The position numbers were made by a program, and so were the translations under genes. From NCBI GenBank assembly GCA_036650515.1, contig JAVVZO010000001.1, positions 39,189 through 103,188 on the forward strand: 64,000 bases of DNA. The letters run 5' to 3'. The notes beneath the pieces were generated by a model that was given only the letters and a program-made list of their open reading frames with translations, ran no database searches and was not told the origin of the DNA. This DNA comes from Alistipes sp. Its GTDB lineage: Bacteria; Bacteroidota; Bacteroidia; Bacteroidales; Rikenellaceae. Of this stretch, positions 10,880-20,673 are shown in pieces. Positions within the stretch are counted from its first letter, which is position 1, and every line of letters starts with the position of its first letter.

Positions 10880-11869
10880 ATGATAACACTTGATCTGATT
10901 CGCAAACCCATTTCCAGTGAACTGGAGGAATTTGAAGCGTTTGTGAAAGAAAAATTTAGTGCAGACGGCAACCTACTCTCTGAAATGCTGCAATATGCAC
11001 TCTCCTCGCGCGGCAAAGCGATTCGCCCGATGTTGGTTCTCCTTTCTGCCTCAATGAACTTACCGACTGATAAACAGCATATTAGTCTGAGAACACAGGT
11101 GGCGGCGATGTTGGTCGAGATGATCCATGTCGCTTCGCTGATCCATGATGATGTGATTGATGAATCGGATACGCGGCGGGGGAAACCCTCTCCCAATGCC
11201 CGTTGGCAGTCGCGCAATGCAGTCATTTTAGGCGATTACATCTTAGCGCGCAACATGAGTGTAGGCATGTCCAGCGGTCAATTCGATATTGTTACCCATG
11301 TTTGCTCTTCAATCGCCACCCTTTGCGAAGGCGAAATTTACCAAAGCGACTGTGCCCGCCGGCAGGTTTTTTCTCGTACCGCCTACTTGGATATTATTCA
11401 CAAAAAAACAGCCTCATTGATGGGCATCAGTGCCTCCGCAGGAGCGTTGTCGGTAGGAGCTCCACGCGAAAAGATGACACTGATGCGCCATTTTGGAGAA
11501 TCTATCGGGATGGCCTTCCAAATTCAGGATGACATTTTAGATTATGCGCGCACTTCTCATACCGGAAAGCCGGCGAACAACGACCTCCGAGAGGGGAAGG
11601 TGACCTTGCCACTGTTGGTGGTGCTGGAGCATGCTTCGGCAGTGCAGCGCACCGAAATCTTGGCCAAATTAGCGCTTTGTCCCACCGATGATGCCGCGGT
11701 GGAGTGGTTGCAAACCCTTGTGGAACAAGAAAAAGGAGTGGTGGCTGCTGCCCAAGTGATGAATGATTACCTGCAATCGGCCAAGGAGATGCTGACCGCT
11801 TACGAAGATTCGCCCTATCGAAAGGCGCTGCTTGCGCTTTGTGATTATATTGCCAAAAGAGATAGATAA
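10880..11869 (+). CDS. Polyprenyl diphosphate synthase (IspB-like)
   Basis: Two aspartate-rich motifs, LIHDDVID and FQIQDDILD. Start moved to MITLDL because the ORF-track ATG overlaps the promoter. Confidence 0.9.
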   Translation: MITLDLIRKPISSELEEFEAFVKEKFSADGNLLSEMLQYALSSRGKAIRPMLVLLSASMNLPTDKQHISLRTQVAAMLVEMIHVASLIHDDVIDESDTRRGKPSPNARWQSRNAVILGDYILARNMSVGMSSGQFDIVTHVCSSIATLCEGEIYQSDCARRQVFSRTAYLDIIHKKTASLMGISASAGALSVGAPREKMTLMRHFGESIGMAFQIQDDILDYARTSHTGKPANNDLREGKVTLPLLVVLEHASAVQRTEILAKLALCPTDDAAVEWLQTLVEQEKGVVAAAQVMNDYLQSAKEMLTAYEDSPYRKALLALCDYIAKRDR

Positions 11870-11890
11870 AATATTTAAAATCATCAACTT

Positions 11891-13162
11891 ATGGAACAAA
11901 AGAAAAATTATGCACTACCCATTGCCATGATGTTTGCGCTCTTCTTTATGATTGCGTTCGTGACGGGACTTCAGAATCCGTTGGGCGTGATCGTCAAGGA
12001 GCAGTTTGCATTGGCCAACTGGGCCTCTCAATTAGGCAACGCGGCTAACTTCATCGCCTATGCTTTTATGGGTATTCCGGCAGGTATGATGCTTCAGCGT
12101 ATCGGTTATAAGCAGACAGCGCTCTCGGCGATCGTGGTTGGTTTTATTGGCGTGGCGATTATCTATTGCGGAGGTCTGATGGCGAGCTTTCCGGTCTATT
12201 TGATGGGTGCTTTTGTCGGGGGCTTCTCGATGTGTATGCTCAATACGGTCGTCAATCCGATGCTCAATACCTTGGGTGGCGGGGGCAATCGTGGCAACCA
12301 GCTCATCCAATTCGGTGGCTCTTTCAACTCAGTGGCCGCCACCATCGTTCCTGTGTTGGGTGGCTATCTGATGGGATCAAGTAAGACCATTGCAGGCACC
12401 TCTTTGGCGTTATATTTGGCGATGGGAATCTTTGCTGTGGCTTTTGTGGTGCTCTATTTTACCCAAATTCCAGAGCCTTTTGTCACCCATGAGCTGAAAG
12501 ATACAAAAGATCCTCATTCTGCCCTCTCCTTCCGCCATTTTGTGTTGGGGGCAATCGGCATCTTTATCTATGTGGGTATCGAAGTGGGCATTCCCAATAC
12601 GGCCAATCTTTATATGACCAGTGCTGTAACGGAAGGTGGTTTGGGTATTGCCGAACGTGTGGCCGGAACGGTGATCGGGGTCTATTGGCTTCTGATGCTT
12701 TGTGGTCGCTTGGTTGGTGGTGCCTTAGCTGGTCGGTTCTCCTCCAAGACCTTGTTGACAACGGTTTCGTTGATCGGGGTGGTGTTGATTTTGCTGGCGA
12801 TTTTCCTGCCAACCTTTATGGTGCAGATGCCGGCTTTTGATAACAAGACTTTGGCTTTTGGCTTCGAGAATGTACCGATTAACGTGATGTTGCTTATGCT
12901 CTGCGGACTTTGTACTTCGGTGATGTGGGGTGGTATTTTTAACCTTGCCGTTGAGGGGTTGGGCAAATATACCTCCATGGCCTCGGGTCTCTTTATGGTG
13001 ATGGTTTGTGGTGGCGGTATTATTCCGGCTTTTCAGGGTTGGGTGGCTGACATGAGCTCCTACATCACCTCTTATTGGGTGATCTTCGCTTGTCTGCTCT
13101 ATCTGCTCTATTACGCACTGATTGGGTCACGTAATGTCAATAAGGATATTCCGACAGCCTAA
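11891..13162 (+). CDS. MFS hexose transporter (GluP/FucP/NagP-like)
   Basis: About 12 TM; LNTVVNPML, IYVGIEVGI and MVCGGGIIP motifs. Confidence 0.85.
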   Translation: MEQKKNYALPIAMMFALFFMIAFVTGLQNPLGVIVKEQFALANWASQLGNAANFIAYAFMGIPAGMMLQRIGYKQTALSAIVVGFIGVAIIYCGGLMASFPVYLMGAFVGGFSMCMLNTVVNPMLNTLGGGGNRGNQLIQFGGSFNSVAATIVPVLGGYLMGSSKTIAGTSLALYLAMGIFAVAFVVLYFTQIPEPFVTHELKDTKDPHSALSFRHFVLGAIGIFIYVGIEVGIPNTANLYMTSAVTEGGLGIAERVAGTVIGVYWLLMLCGRLVGGALAGRFSSKTLLTTVSLIGVVLILLAIFLPTFMVQMPAFDNKTLAFGFENVPINVMLLMLCGLCTSVMWGGIFNLAVEGLGKYTSMASGLFMVMVCGGGIIPAFQGWVADMSSYITSYWVIFACLLYLLYYALIGSRNVNKDIPTA

Positions 13163-13201
13163 GAAGCTGTTTTGTGGCGGGGATTGTATCCTTTACCGTA
13201 A

Positions 13202-13246
13202 ACAAATAGCAAGCGCCTGTTCAACGAACAGGCGCTTGCTATTTGT
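13202..13246. terminator. Bidirectional intrinsic terminator (21-bp perfect inverted repeat)
   Basis: acaaatagcaagcgcctgttc-aac-gaacaggcgcttgctatttgt lies between convergent genes. Confidence 0.85.
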
Positions 13247-13257
13247 GGAAAAGTCGG

Positions 13258-14271
13258 TTAGACCTTGCTGAAAAATTCAAGAAACTCAGTAATTTTATTT
13301 ACCATCTTCGGCGAACCTGTGTAGATTGGGGTACGCGCGTGAACATCTAATGGTTCAATATCCATGATGCGCATATTGCCGTCCGTAGCGACACCACCGG
13401 CCTGTTCTGCAATGAAAGCCATCGGGTTGCACTCATATTGTAAACGGAGCTTGCCATTGGGATGTTGGTCGGTTTCAGGATAGATGTAGATACCACCCTT
13501 TAAGAGGTTGCGGTGGAAGTCCGAGACAAAAGTACCGATGTAGCGAGATGTGTAGGGACGACTGGTTCGCTTGTCCTTCTCTTGGCAATACTTGATGTAC
13601 TTCTTCACACCGGTGGAGAATTTCTCGTAGTTACCTTCGTTGATGGAGTAGATCTTGCCGTGTGCCGGTGTCTTGATGTCTGGATGAGAGAGACAGAATT
13701 CACCGATCGAAGGGTCGAGGGTGAATCCATTGACTCCATTTCCCGATGAGTAGACCAGCATCGTGGAAGAGCCATAGATTACGTAACCGGCGGCAATAAG
13801 AGCAGAGCCCTTTTGGAGGAAGTCCTCTTTGACCGGACTTGTTCCCAGTGGGGACAGGCGCTTGCAGATCGAGAAGATCGTACCGATAGAGACGTTGACA
13901 TCAATATTGGATGAGCCGTCTAACGGATCCATGCAAACGATGTATTTGGCATGTTGCTGAAGCCCCTCTTCGAAAACGACAATGTCTTCATTCTCCTCAG
14001 AGGCGACACCACAACACTCTCCACTGGCCTGAAATTCGTCCAGAAAAGTCTCGTTGGCATAGACATCTAACTTCTGCTGTTGCTCTCCTTGTACGTTGTC
14101 TGTGCCGTTTTGGCCCAAAATGTCGACAAGTCCTGCTTTGTTGACCTCGCGGTTTACTTTTTTCGCTGCAATACCAAGGTGGTGCAGCAATCGGGAAAAT
14201 TCACCTGTTGCTCCGGGAATCTCCGCTTGCTTCTCAATGATGAATTGATTTAATGTAGTAACCTTCTTCAT
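13258..14271 (-). CDS. fbp: Class 1 fructose-1,6-bisphosphatase
   Basis: [15 protein letters not shown] and [10 protein letters not shown] motifs. Start MKKVTTL; -7 element at 14301-14308. Confidence 0.95.
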   Translation of the reverse strand: MKKVTTLNQFIIEKQAEIPGATGEFSRLLHHLGIAAKKVNREVNKAGLVDILGQNGTDNVQGEQQQKLDVYANETFLDEFQASGECCGVASEENEDIVVFEEGLQQHAKYIVCMDPLDGSSNIDVNVSIGTIFSICKRLSPLGTSPVKEDFLQKGSALIAAGYVIYGSSTMLVYSSGNGVNGFTLDPSIGEFCLSHPDIKTPAHGKIYSINEGNYEKFSTGVKKYIKYCQEKDKRTSRPYTSRYIGTFVSDFHRNLLKGGIYIYPETDQHPNGKLRLQYECNPMAFIAEQAGGVATDGNMRIMDIEPLDVHARTPIYTGSPKMVNKITEFLEFFSKV

Positions 14272-14374
14272 GGTTTGTAATTTCGAATTGACCGTTTCTA
14301 CAAATATAAAACGATAATTTGTAATAAGCAAATATTTCACACACAGTTTTTAGAATGTATGGTTTCATCTCACT

Positions 14375-16609
14375 CTATGCGTGAATTTGATAAGCTCTTT
14401 TTACACCACTAATGCGGAGAATCGAATGGATCACCTTATCAATGATCGCTGTATTGGGCACCTCGATGCAAATTGTGCCGGTGACTTTGTCTTTTTTGGA
14501 TAAGGAGGCACTGTCCATGTCTTTTTTGACTAAAGTTAGATTGATGGAGCGGATGTTGAGCTGTAACTCCCGACAGACGACCTCTGTGATTTGGTTGGCG
14601 ATGCCGGGGATATCCTCCGTTTGGAGGGCAAGGGTGATGGTGAAGGCTCCCTCAGCACTCTCTCGCCAATGGGCTTCAATGATCCGATAGGGGAAGTTGC
14701 TTCGCAGTCGGAGGGCATTGGGGCAGTCGGCGCGATGAATGGTGATGCCCGCGCCAATGGTGATGAAGCCGAAGACATCATCCCCTTTAATGGGGTGGCA
14801 ACAGCGCGCTAATTTGTAGTCGAGTTGGTTGATTCGATCATCAATAATCAAGGCGTCGGAGGAGGTTGATTTCGCCTCAATGGCCGAGGCTGTCTTCGCC
14901 TTGTCAGCTTCAGCAGCAGCGGCACGACGGGCGCTGTCGGTCTCTCCCGATTGCCACCGGAGGAGGATGTTCTTGATGGAGCTGATTTCAATCTTCTGAA
15001 TGGCAATTAACCCGTAGAGTTCGATGCCGGTGCGTAGTTTGAAATATTTACAGAGGAAGGCAACGGTCTCATCAATGGTGACTGGGATCTTCCAATTTTT
15101 GAGTTTGCGCTCCAACTCGTCACGTCCTATCTTGGCATTTTTAGCCTGCTCGGCGCGTAGATGGATCTTGATGCGTGCGCGTGCTTTACTAGTCACCGCA
15201 ATACTCAACCAATCGGCCTTGGGTGTCTGATTCTTCTGGGTGAAGATCTCGACAATATCGCCGTTATGCAGAACATCGCGGATGGAGGCGGATCTATTGT
15301 TGACCGTTCCCCCCGCGCAGGTTGCGCCTAAATTGGAGTGAATGTCGAAGGCGAAATCGAGCAGGGTTGCCCCTTCCGGTAGTTTTCGCAGATCGCCGTT
15401 GGGGGTGAAGACAAAAATCTCATGGGTGGAGGGTTGCAGATCGAAGTGTTGCGCCAAGGTGTGTGACTGCTCTTCGAGTAGTTCGCGCAGTCGATCTAAC
15501 CACATTTCGCTGGTCAAAGTGCCTTGGTTCACCCCTTTGTAGCGCCAATGTGCCGCGATACCGCGCTCGGCCACAGCGTCCATGCGCTCTGTGCGGATTT
15601 GAATCTCGACCCATTTACCCGCACCCGCAGAGACGGTGGTGTGGAGGGATTCGTAGCCGTTGGACTTGGGGATGGAGATCCAGTCGCGCATCCGTTCCGG
15701 ATTAGGGGTGTAGCAGTCACTGACGATCGAATAGGTGGTCCAGCAGAGGCGTTTCTCCTCTTCGGGCGGACAGTCGATGATGATGCGGATGGCAAAAATA
15801 TCGTAGACTCCTTCGAATGGGACATGCTGTTTCTGCATCTTGGTCCAGATAGAGAAGATGGATTTGGTGCGACTTTTTATGTGGTAGTGGAGTTGTTGCT
15901 GATCTAATCGTTCGGTGATGGGGAGTAGAAATCGAGCAATAAAGGTGCGCCGCTCCGATTCGCTCTCTTCGAGTTTGATGCGGATATGTTCATAATCAAT
16001 GGGCTCAAGATATTTCAGCGCCAGATCTTCTAACTCGCTCTTGACGTTGTACAGTCCTAATTTATGGGCAATCTGTGCATATAGATTGAGGCTCTCCCAA
16101 CTTTTTTTCCGCCACTTTTCTTGGGGAAAGATGGAGAGAGAACGCATCACCTCCAAGCGGTCGGCCAACTTGATCAAAATCACACGTGGGTCATTGGAAT
16201 AGGAGACGATCAGATCCCGAAAATTAGCAGCTTGTTCTTTGGCGACTTTGAGTTTTAGCTCTGATATATTGCTTAAACCCAACGTGATGCCTGCCACTTG
16301 GTCTCCGAAACGGGTTCGAATTTCGGCCATTTGGAGCAAGAAATTCCCGGCAGAGAGTTGTTTGTGAGCCAAGCGTACCACATCGTGCAGAATAGTTGCC
16401 AAGGTGGAGTTGCTACCCAGTCCGATTTCAGAAATAACGATGCAGGTCACCGCCACGGCATGATCTAATAGTGGCTTGCCATCATAGCGTTGTAGTCCCG
16501 CAAGCTGTTGATCGGCATAGATGAGTGCCTCATTGATGGTCTGCTGTATCGGGGCTTCAAAGTTGGCGTGCACCAAGGTGCTGAGCGTGTCGTAATGTGA
16601 TAGATCCAT
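14375..16609 (-). CDS. relA: Long RelA/SpoT-family (p)ppGpp synthetase
   Basis: KSIFSIWTKM, YDIFAIR, GYESLHTTV and EIQIRT motifs, plus TGS, CC and ACT domains. The HD domain looks degenerate. Confidence 0.88.
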   Translation of the reverse strand: MDLSHYDTLSTLVHANFEAPIQQTINEALIYADQQLAGLQRYDGKPLLDHAVAVTCIVISEIGLGSNSTLATILHDVVRLAHKQLSAGNFLLQMAEIRTRFGDQVAGITLGLSNISELKLKVAKEQAANFRDLIVSYSNDPRVILIKLADRLEVMRSLSIFPQEKWRKKSWESLNLYAQIAHKLGLYNVKSELEDLALKYLEPIDYEHIRIKLEESESERRTFIARFLLPITERLDQQQLHYHIKSRTKSIFSIWTKMQKQHVPFEGVYDIFAIRIIIDCPPEEEKRLCWTTYSIVSDCYTPNPERMRDWISIPKSNGYESLHTTVSAGAGKWVEIQIRTERMDAVAERGIAAHWRYKGVNQGTLTSEMWLDRLRELLEEQSHTLAQHFDLQPSTHEIFVFTPNGDLRKLPEGATLLDFAFDIHSNLGATCAGGTVNNRSASIRDVLHNGDIVEIFTQKNQTPKADWLSIAVTSKARARIKIHLRAEQAKNAKIGRDELERKLKNWKIPVTIDETVAFLCKYFKLRTGIELYGLIAIQKIEISSIKNILLRWQSGETDSARRAAAAEADKAKTASAIEAKSTSSDALIIDDRINQLDYKLARCCHPIKGDDVFGFITIGAGITIHRADCPNALRLRSNFPYRIIEAHWRESAEGAFTITLALQTEDIPGIANQITEVVCRELQLNIRSINLTLVKKDMDSASLSKKDKVTGTICIEVPNTAIIDKVIHSILRISGVKRAYQIHA

Positions 16610-16630
16610 AATTCTATTATCCTTATGCCT

Positions 16631-16691
16631 CAAAATTAGTAAATTCTTCGTAAAATAGAACGTTATTTTCGGGAAAATAGTACTATTTTTG
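16631..16691. promoter_or_regulatory. Divergent -7 promoter pair (RSH / hemolysin-III-like)
   Basis: caaaatta at 16631-16638 (minus) and TATTTTTG at 16684-16691 (plus). Confidence 0.5.
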
Positions 16692-16714
16692 AGCTGGTAA
16701 AACAAGGAAATAGT

Positions 16715-17374
16715 GTGAAGACAAAGATTAAAAAAAGCGTTTACCTACCCACCATTGGTGAGGAGGTGAGCAATTCAATTTCGCACGGTATCATGGCGAT
16801 GGTGATCCTTTGCGCCTTGCCTTTTGCTGCTATATGGGCTTATATTCACAATAACAGCCTTTTGGCGGCAGTAGGAGTGAGTATTTTTGTGATTTCAATT
16901 TTTCTGATGTTTCTCACCTCGTGTCTCTATCACGCCACGAATCCGGCCTCCCGACAGAAGGCTGTGTTTCATATCCTTGACCATATTTTTATCTATGTTG
17001 CCATCGCGGGTAGCTATACGCCGGTTGCTCTCTTTGTGATTGGCGGTTGGCAGGGTGTGGCGATTACGATTTTGCAATGGACGATGGTGATCTTTGGCAT
17101 TTTCTATAAATCGCTGGCACGCCAATCCATCCCAGCTATCAGCTTGGCAATCTATCTGGTGATGGGCTGGACGATTGTCTTCTTCTTGCCACTTTTTGTG
17201 CATCGCGCCCCCGTGCCGTTGCTTGTGTTGATAGCCGCTGGAGGCTTTTTTTACACTTTGGGCGCATGGATCTATGCCAAAAAGGGCTTCCGCTACCACC
17301 ACTTGGTGTGGCATCTGTGTATTAATTTAGCGGTGGTCTGCCACTTTATAGCGATTGTATTTTTTCTCTCTTAG
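16715..17374 (+). CDS. Hemolysin III / PAQR-family membrane protein (TrhA-like)
   Basis: EEVSNSISHG, SCLYH, DHIFIYVAIAGSYTP and HLVWHL motifs; 7 TM. Confidence 0.9.
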   Translation: MKTKIKKSVYLPTIGEEVSNSISHGIMAMVILCALPFAAIWAYIHNNSLLAAVGVSIFVISIFLMFLTSCLYHATNPASRQKAVFHILDHIFIYVAIAGSYTPVALFVIGGWQGVAITILQWTMVIFGIFYKSLARQSIPAISLAIYLVMGWTIVFFLPLFVHRAPVPLLVLIAAGGFFYTLGAWIYAKKGFRYHHLVWHLCINLAVVCHFIAIVFFLS

Positions 17375-17381
17375 AAGTTTC

Positions 17382-18266
17382 TTAGCTCAACAGGATTCCG
17401 ACGGTGAGAAGTACTCCGAAGAGGAGCATATTGCGAGCGGTCTCGGCCAAACAGACATTCAGCTCCTCGCCGTGATCAATGCGCACCATCTTCTGCCATG
17501 TGCGGAAGAAAAGCACCCAAAAAAGGAGGGGTAGCAGTGCGGCCGTCCATCGGCCATGTAGCAGAAAAAGCAAGCAGAGTGCCATGGCAGCTGTCCCTAA
17601 AAAGAGATAACCCCAGCGACCAACTCCAGCCCCCCAGCAGACCACAATGGTTCGTTTGCCACAATGAGCATCCTCTTCGCGATCGCGGAAATTGTTGACA
17701 ATAAGCATCGTGTCGATGACAAAACCGCACGATAGGGCGGTGATGAGAACCTCGGCCGTCCATGTTTGCGCTTGGATATAATAGGTGAATCCAACGGGGA
17801 TGATGCCGAAGAAAATGATGACCGCTAAATCCCCCAAGCCGTGGTAAGCCAAGGGATAGGGGCCGGCTGTGTAGAGATAGGCGAAAATCACGCAGGCGAG
17901 GCCAACGAAGATCAACTCCCAACCTCCATAGAAGAGTAGACCCAAACCCACGGCGCAAGCACAGAGGGTCAAGATAGCGATGCCGATTTTCATGACAGGA
18001 AGGGTGATGTACCCTTTGGCAAAAGCTCGGTCAGGGCCTAAGCGGTCGGGCTGGTCGGCTCCTTTGAGAAAATCCCAAAGATCGTTGACTAAATTGGCGG
18101 TGCACTGCATCAGCAGTGCGAAAATCAGGCAAAGTAGCGCGGGGATGGGCTGGAAAACCCCGTCAGCATAGGCCAAAGCACTGCCGGCAAAAACAGGAAT
18201 GGCGGAAGCACCTAAGCTATATGGTCTTATCGCTAAAATCCATGCGGATAGAGAGTTTGTCTTCAT
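17382..18266 (-). CDS. menA: 1,4-dihydroxy-2-naphthoate octaprenyltransferase
   Basis: NLVNDLWDFLKGAD, YTAGPYP and NNFRDREED...KRT UbiA-family motifs. Confidence 0.92.
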   Translation of the reverse strand: MKTNSLSAWILAIRPYSLGASAIPVFAGSALAYADGVFQPIPALLCLIFALLMQCTANLVNDLWDFLKGADQPDRLGPDRAFAKGYITLPVMKIGIAILTLCACAVGLGLLFYGGWELIFVGLACVIFAYLYTAGPYPLAYHGLGDLAVIIFFGIIPVGFTYYIQAQTWTAEVLITALSCGFVIDTMLIVNNFRDREEDAHCGKRTIVVCWGAGVGRWGYLFLGTAAMALCLLFLLHGRWTAALLPLLFWVLFFRTWQKMVRIDHGEELNVCLAETARNMLLFGVLLTVGILLS

Positions 18267-18271
18267 AGAGA

Positions 18272-19048
18272 TTATTTATTTTTGTGTACTAAATAGATGT
18301 GGTCATTGGGTAGTGCGTAGCGGTGGCGCTCTTCAGCGGTGAGTGTTTGTGCAAAATCAATATCTTCGACCTGAAAACCTGCTGAACGCAGTCGATCGCT
18401 GTAATCCTGACCGTAAATTCGGCGGTGGTCATATTGCCCGAAAATGCGGGTGCGCTCCGCTGGATCGGTGATGGTATCATCCTCGTAGGTCTTCGCGCGG
18501 TCGAGGTCTACCGGTGAAAGAAGGATACCCCAACCGCCGATGCGCAGGATGCGGTAGAGCTCTCGTAATGCCAGTTGATCGTCAATGACGTGTTCCAAAA
18601 TATGGTTGCAGAAAATTACATCGAAGGAGTTGTCTGGAAGCGGAATCTGCTGAATATCAAAATGAAGATCAGCCAAAGGGCTCTCTAAGTCGGCGGTGAG
18701 GTATTGGTCAACGCTCCCTTTGTACTGCTTTTTGAGCTGTTTCATCAGGCAGACCTCCGGTGCAATATGCAACAAGCGTGGGTGAAGGGTGAACAGCGTG
18801 GTTTGCCGTTGTAAAAAGAGGTAGAGTAGCCGATGCCGTTCCAAAGAGAGGCAGGTGGGACAAAGTGCATTTTCACGCGAAACGACATAGCCATAGGGCA
18901 GGAATTTGCGAAAGGAGTGGTCACAGATGGGACACATCCGTCCTTTGCCGCGGTAGAAACATCCGGCCAAAGGGATGAGCAGGCCGGCGATGCGTTGTAA
19001 GAACGTGCGTGGCAGGTGATTCAAAGCCCAGCGGATCAATTTTTTCAT
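18272..19048 (-). CDS. Class I SAM-dependent methyltransferase with N-terminal CxxC pairs
   Basis: CPIC/CPTC, LHIAPE and FDVIFCNHILEHV motifs. Confidence 0.8.
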   Translation of the reverse strand: MKKLIRWALNHLPRTFLQRIAGLLIPLAGCFYRGKGRMCPICDHSFRKFLPYGYVVSRENALCPTCLSLERHRLLYLFLQRQTTLFTLHPRLLHIAPEVCLMKQLKKQYKGSVDQYLTADLESPLADLHFDIQQIPLPDNSFDVIFCNHILEHVIDDQLALRELYRILRIGGWGILLSPVDLDRAKTYEDDTITDPAERTRIFGQYDHRRIYGQDYSDRLRSAGFQVEDIDFAQTLTAEERHRYALPNDHIYLVHKNK

Positions 19049-19059
19049 GAGGTGTGGGG

Positions 19060-19248
19060 TTAGGATAAGACCTTTTTCACATCTTCTTCGGCCTTGTGTA
19101 GCCGCTCTTTGCAGAGGGCGATCAAGTCGGTGGCGCGCTTCACCTCGGCGGCCAAGGTGTCAACACTCATCTCTTCGTTGCGGAATTTGGCGAGGATCGT
19201 TTCGATCTCTTGCATGGCGGCGGTATAGGTAATCTCTTTATTTGGCAT
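19060..19248 (-). CDS. xseB: Exodeoxyribonuclease VII small subunit
   Basis: TYTAAMQEIETILAK...VKRATDLIALCKERL pattern; xseA is nearby. Confidence 0.9.
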   Translation of the reverse strand: MPNKEITYTAAMQEIETILAKFRNEEMSVDTLAAEVKRATDLIALCKERLHKAEEDVKKVLS

Positions 19249-19273
19249 GGTGGGAAAATGTTGTTTTAGTTGC

Positions 19274-20425
19274 TTACTTATTGTTGGGTAAAAAATTATT
19301 TTTATCTAATACGCTTAATATACTACGTAATAAATAGTTGTTATGGAATGAGATGGTGTATTTCCGTGCGCCTAAATTTATTGGGCGCAACATCTGTTTA
19401 TTGATCAATTCGCGGATGATTCTTGAAATATCAGAGCTTGTCTTATCTTTTAAAATATTTTTGATGTCACCAGCTTGAATAGTCTGTTTGCTGATGGTGA
19501 TTTTGAGAATGTTAAATTCTTGCGGTGAAATATAACGATTATTCAGTGCATCAACAAGCATTGGCTGTAAGATATTGTTGTGAAGATATTGATAATCAAG
19601 TAATTTATCAATCTTTTCTATCTCTGTTTTTAATCCAGAAAGAACATATTCCGACCATTCGATTAACCCCTGATCACTGCCTTTATCTGCTTTAGAAAGA
19701 TAATCATAATATTTGTTTCTATCCGAGCAAAAGACTGCCGTTGGATTAATGATTCTTTTTCCGCTTTTGAAAATAAATTTTAGGAGCAAGGCGTATGTAA
19801 ATAACCTTACGACACGACCATTGCCATTTTCAAAAGGATGTATCCACACAAAACGATGATGTGCGATGGCGATTTTTAATAAATCATATTTTGGAGTTTG
19901 TGACTGGTTGACAAATGCCATCAATTCATCCATCATAGCATCTATCTGCTCATAATCGGGCGGTACGTGGGTAGATCCGTTGATTTTGACATTAACCTCT
20001 CGGAATAGACCGGGATGCGATGCGCCCTCTTTATGGGCACTTAACCCCTCTACGACTAAGGTGTGTAGTTCTCGAATGAACATTTTATTGATTTCAATAG
20101 TGGTTATATTGTCCTCAATATAAAGCATCGCCGCTTCAATATTTTTAATTTCAAGTATATCCTCACTGTCGAAGAGGGATTTTGAAGTAGGGAATTTTGT
20201 GGATTCCACATAATCCATTACCGTGGTGTTGTTGCCCTCAATGCGAGAAGAGCCAATGCTTTCCAACATATGGAAAACATGTTTTAACTGAAAAAAAACA
20301 TCGGATTGTGTCGTCCCTTGCAAAATTTTATACCTCAACTGTTCCAGTTCCATAATAGAATCAGTTATGGGCATTTCAAAAGCAATTTTTGGCAATCTCA
20401 ATGTTGTATCATTATTTTCATTCAT
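19274..20425 (-). CDS. Fic-domain protein (class II, with inhibitory motif)
   Basis: Canonical HPFENGNGRVVR motif and N-terminal SSRIEGN (SxxxEG). Visibly AT-rich compared with its neighbours. Confidence 0.92.
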   Translation of the reverse strand: MNENNDTTLRLPKIAFEMPITDSIMELEQLRYKILQGTTQSDVFFQLKHVFHMLESIGSSRIEGNNTTVMDYVESTKFPTSKSLFDSEDILEIKNIEAAMLYIEDNITTIEINKMFIRELHTLVVEGLSAHKEGASHPGLFREVNVKINGSTHVPPDYEQIDAMMDELMAFVNQSQTPKYDLLKIAIAHHRFVWIHPFENGNGRVVRLFTYALLLKFIFKSGKRIINPTAVFCSDRNKYYDYLSKADKGSDQGLIEWSEYVLSGLKTEIEKIDKLLDYQYLHNNILQPMLVDALNNRYISPQEFNILKITISKQTIQAGDIKNILKDKTSSDISRIIRELINKQMLRPINLGARKYTISFHNNYLLRSILSVLDKNNFLPNNK

Positions 20426-20673
20426 AGAGATGATTATTTGTTAAGACCGCATTTCGTCATTTGCAAAAATAATAAAAAACAACCAAATAATCAGTTATAT
20501 GCCAAATATTTTTTCTTGTGATATTTGCATGTGTCGAGAAAATTAGTTGCTAATAAGGCCTCCTGATCATTGCTTTTTCTGCAAAAATAGTGGGCATTCA
20601 GCTGAGGCCTAAACCGAAGTCTCAGCCACGCCTTAAAAGGGACTAAGAGCCTTTTTTAGGAAGACCTTGGGAT

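Noticed and set aside
13202-13246. 21-bp inverted repeat as a MITE or REP element
   Set aside because: Single copy between convergent genes; a terminator explains it.
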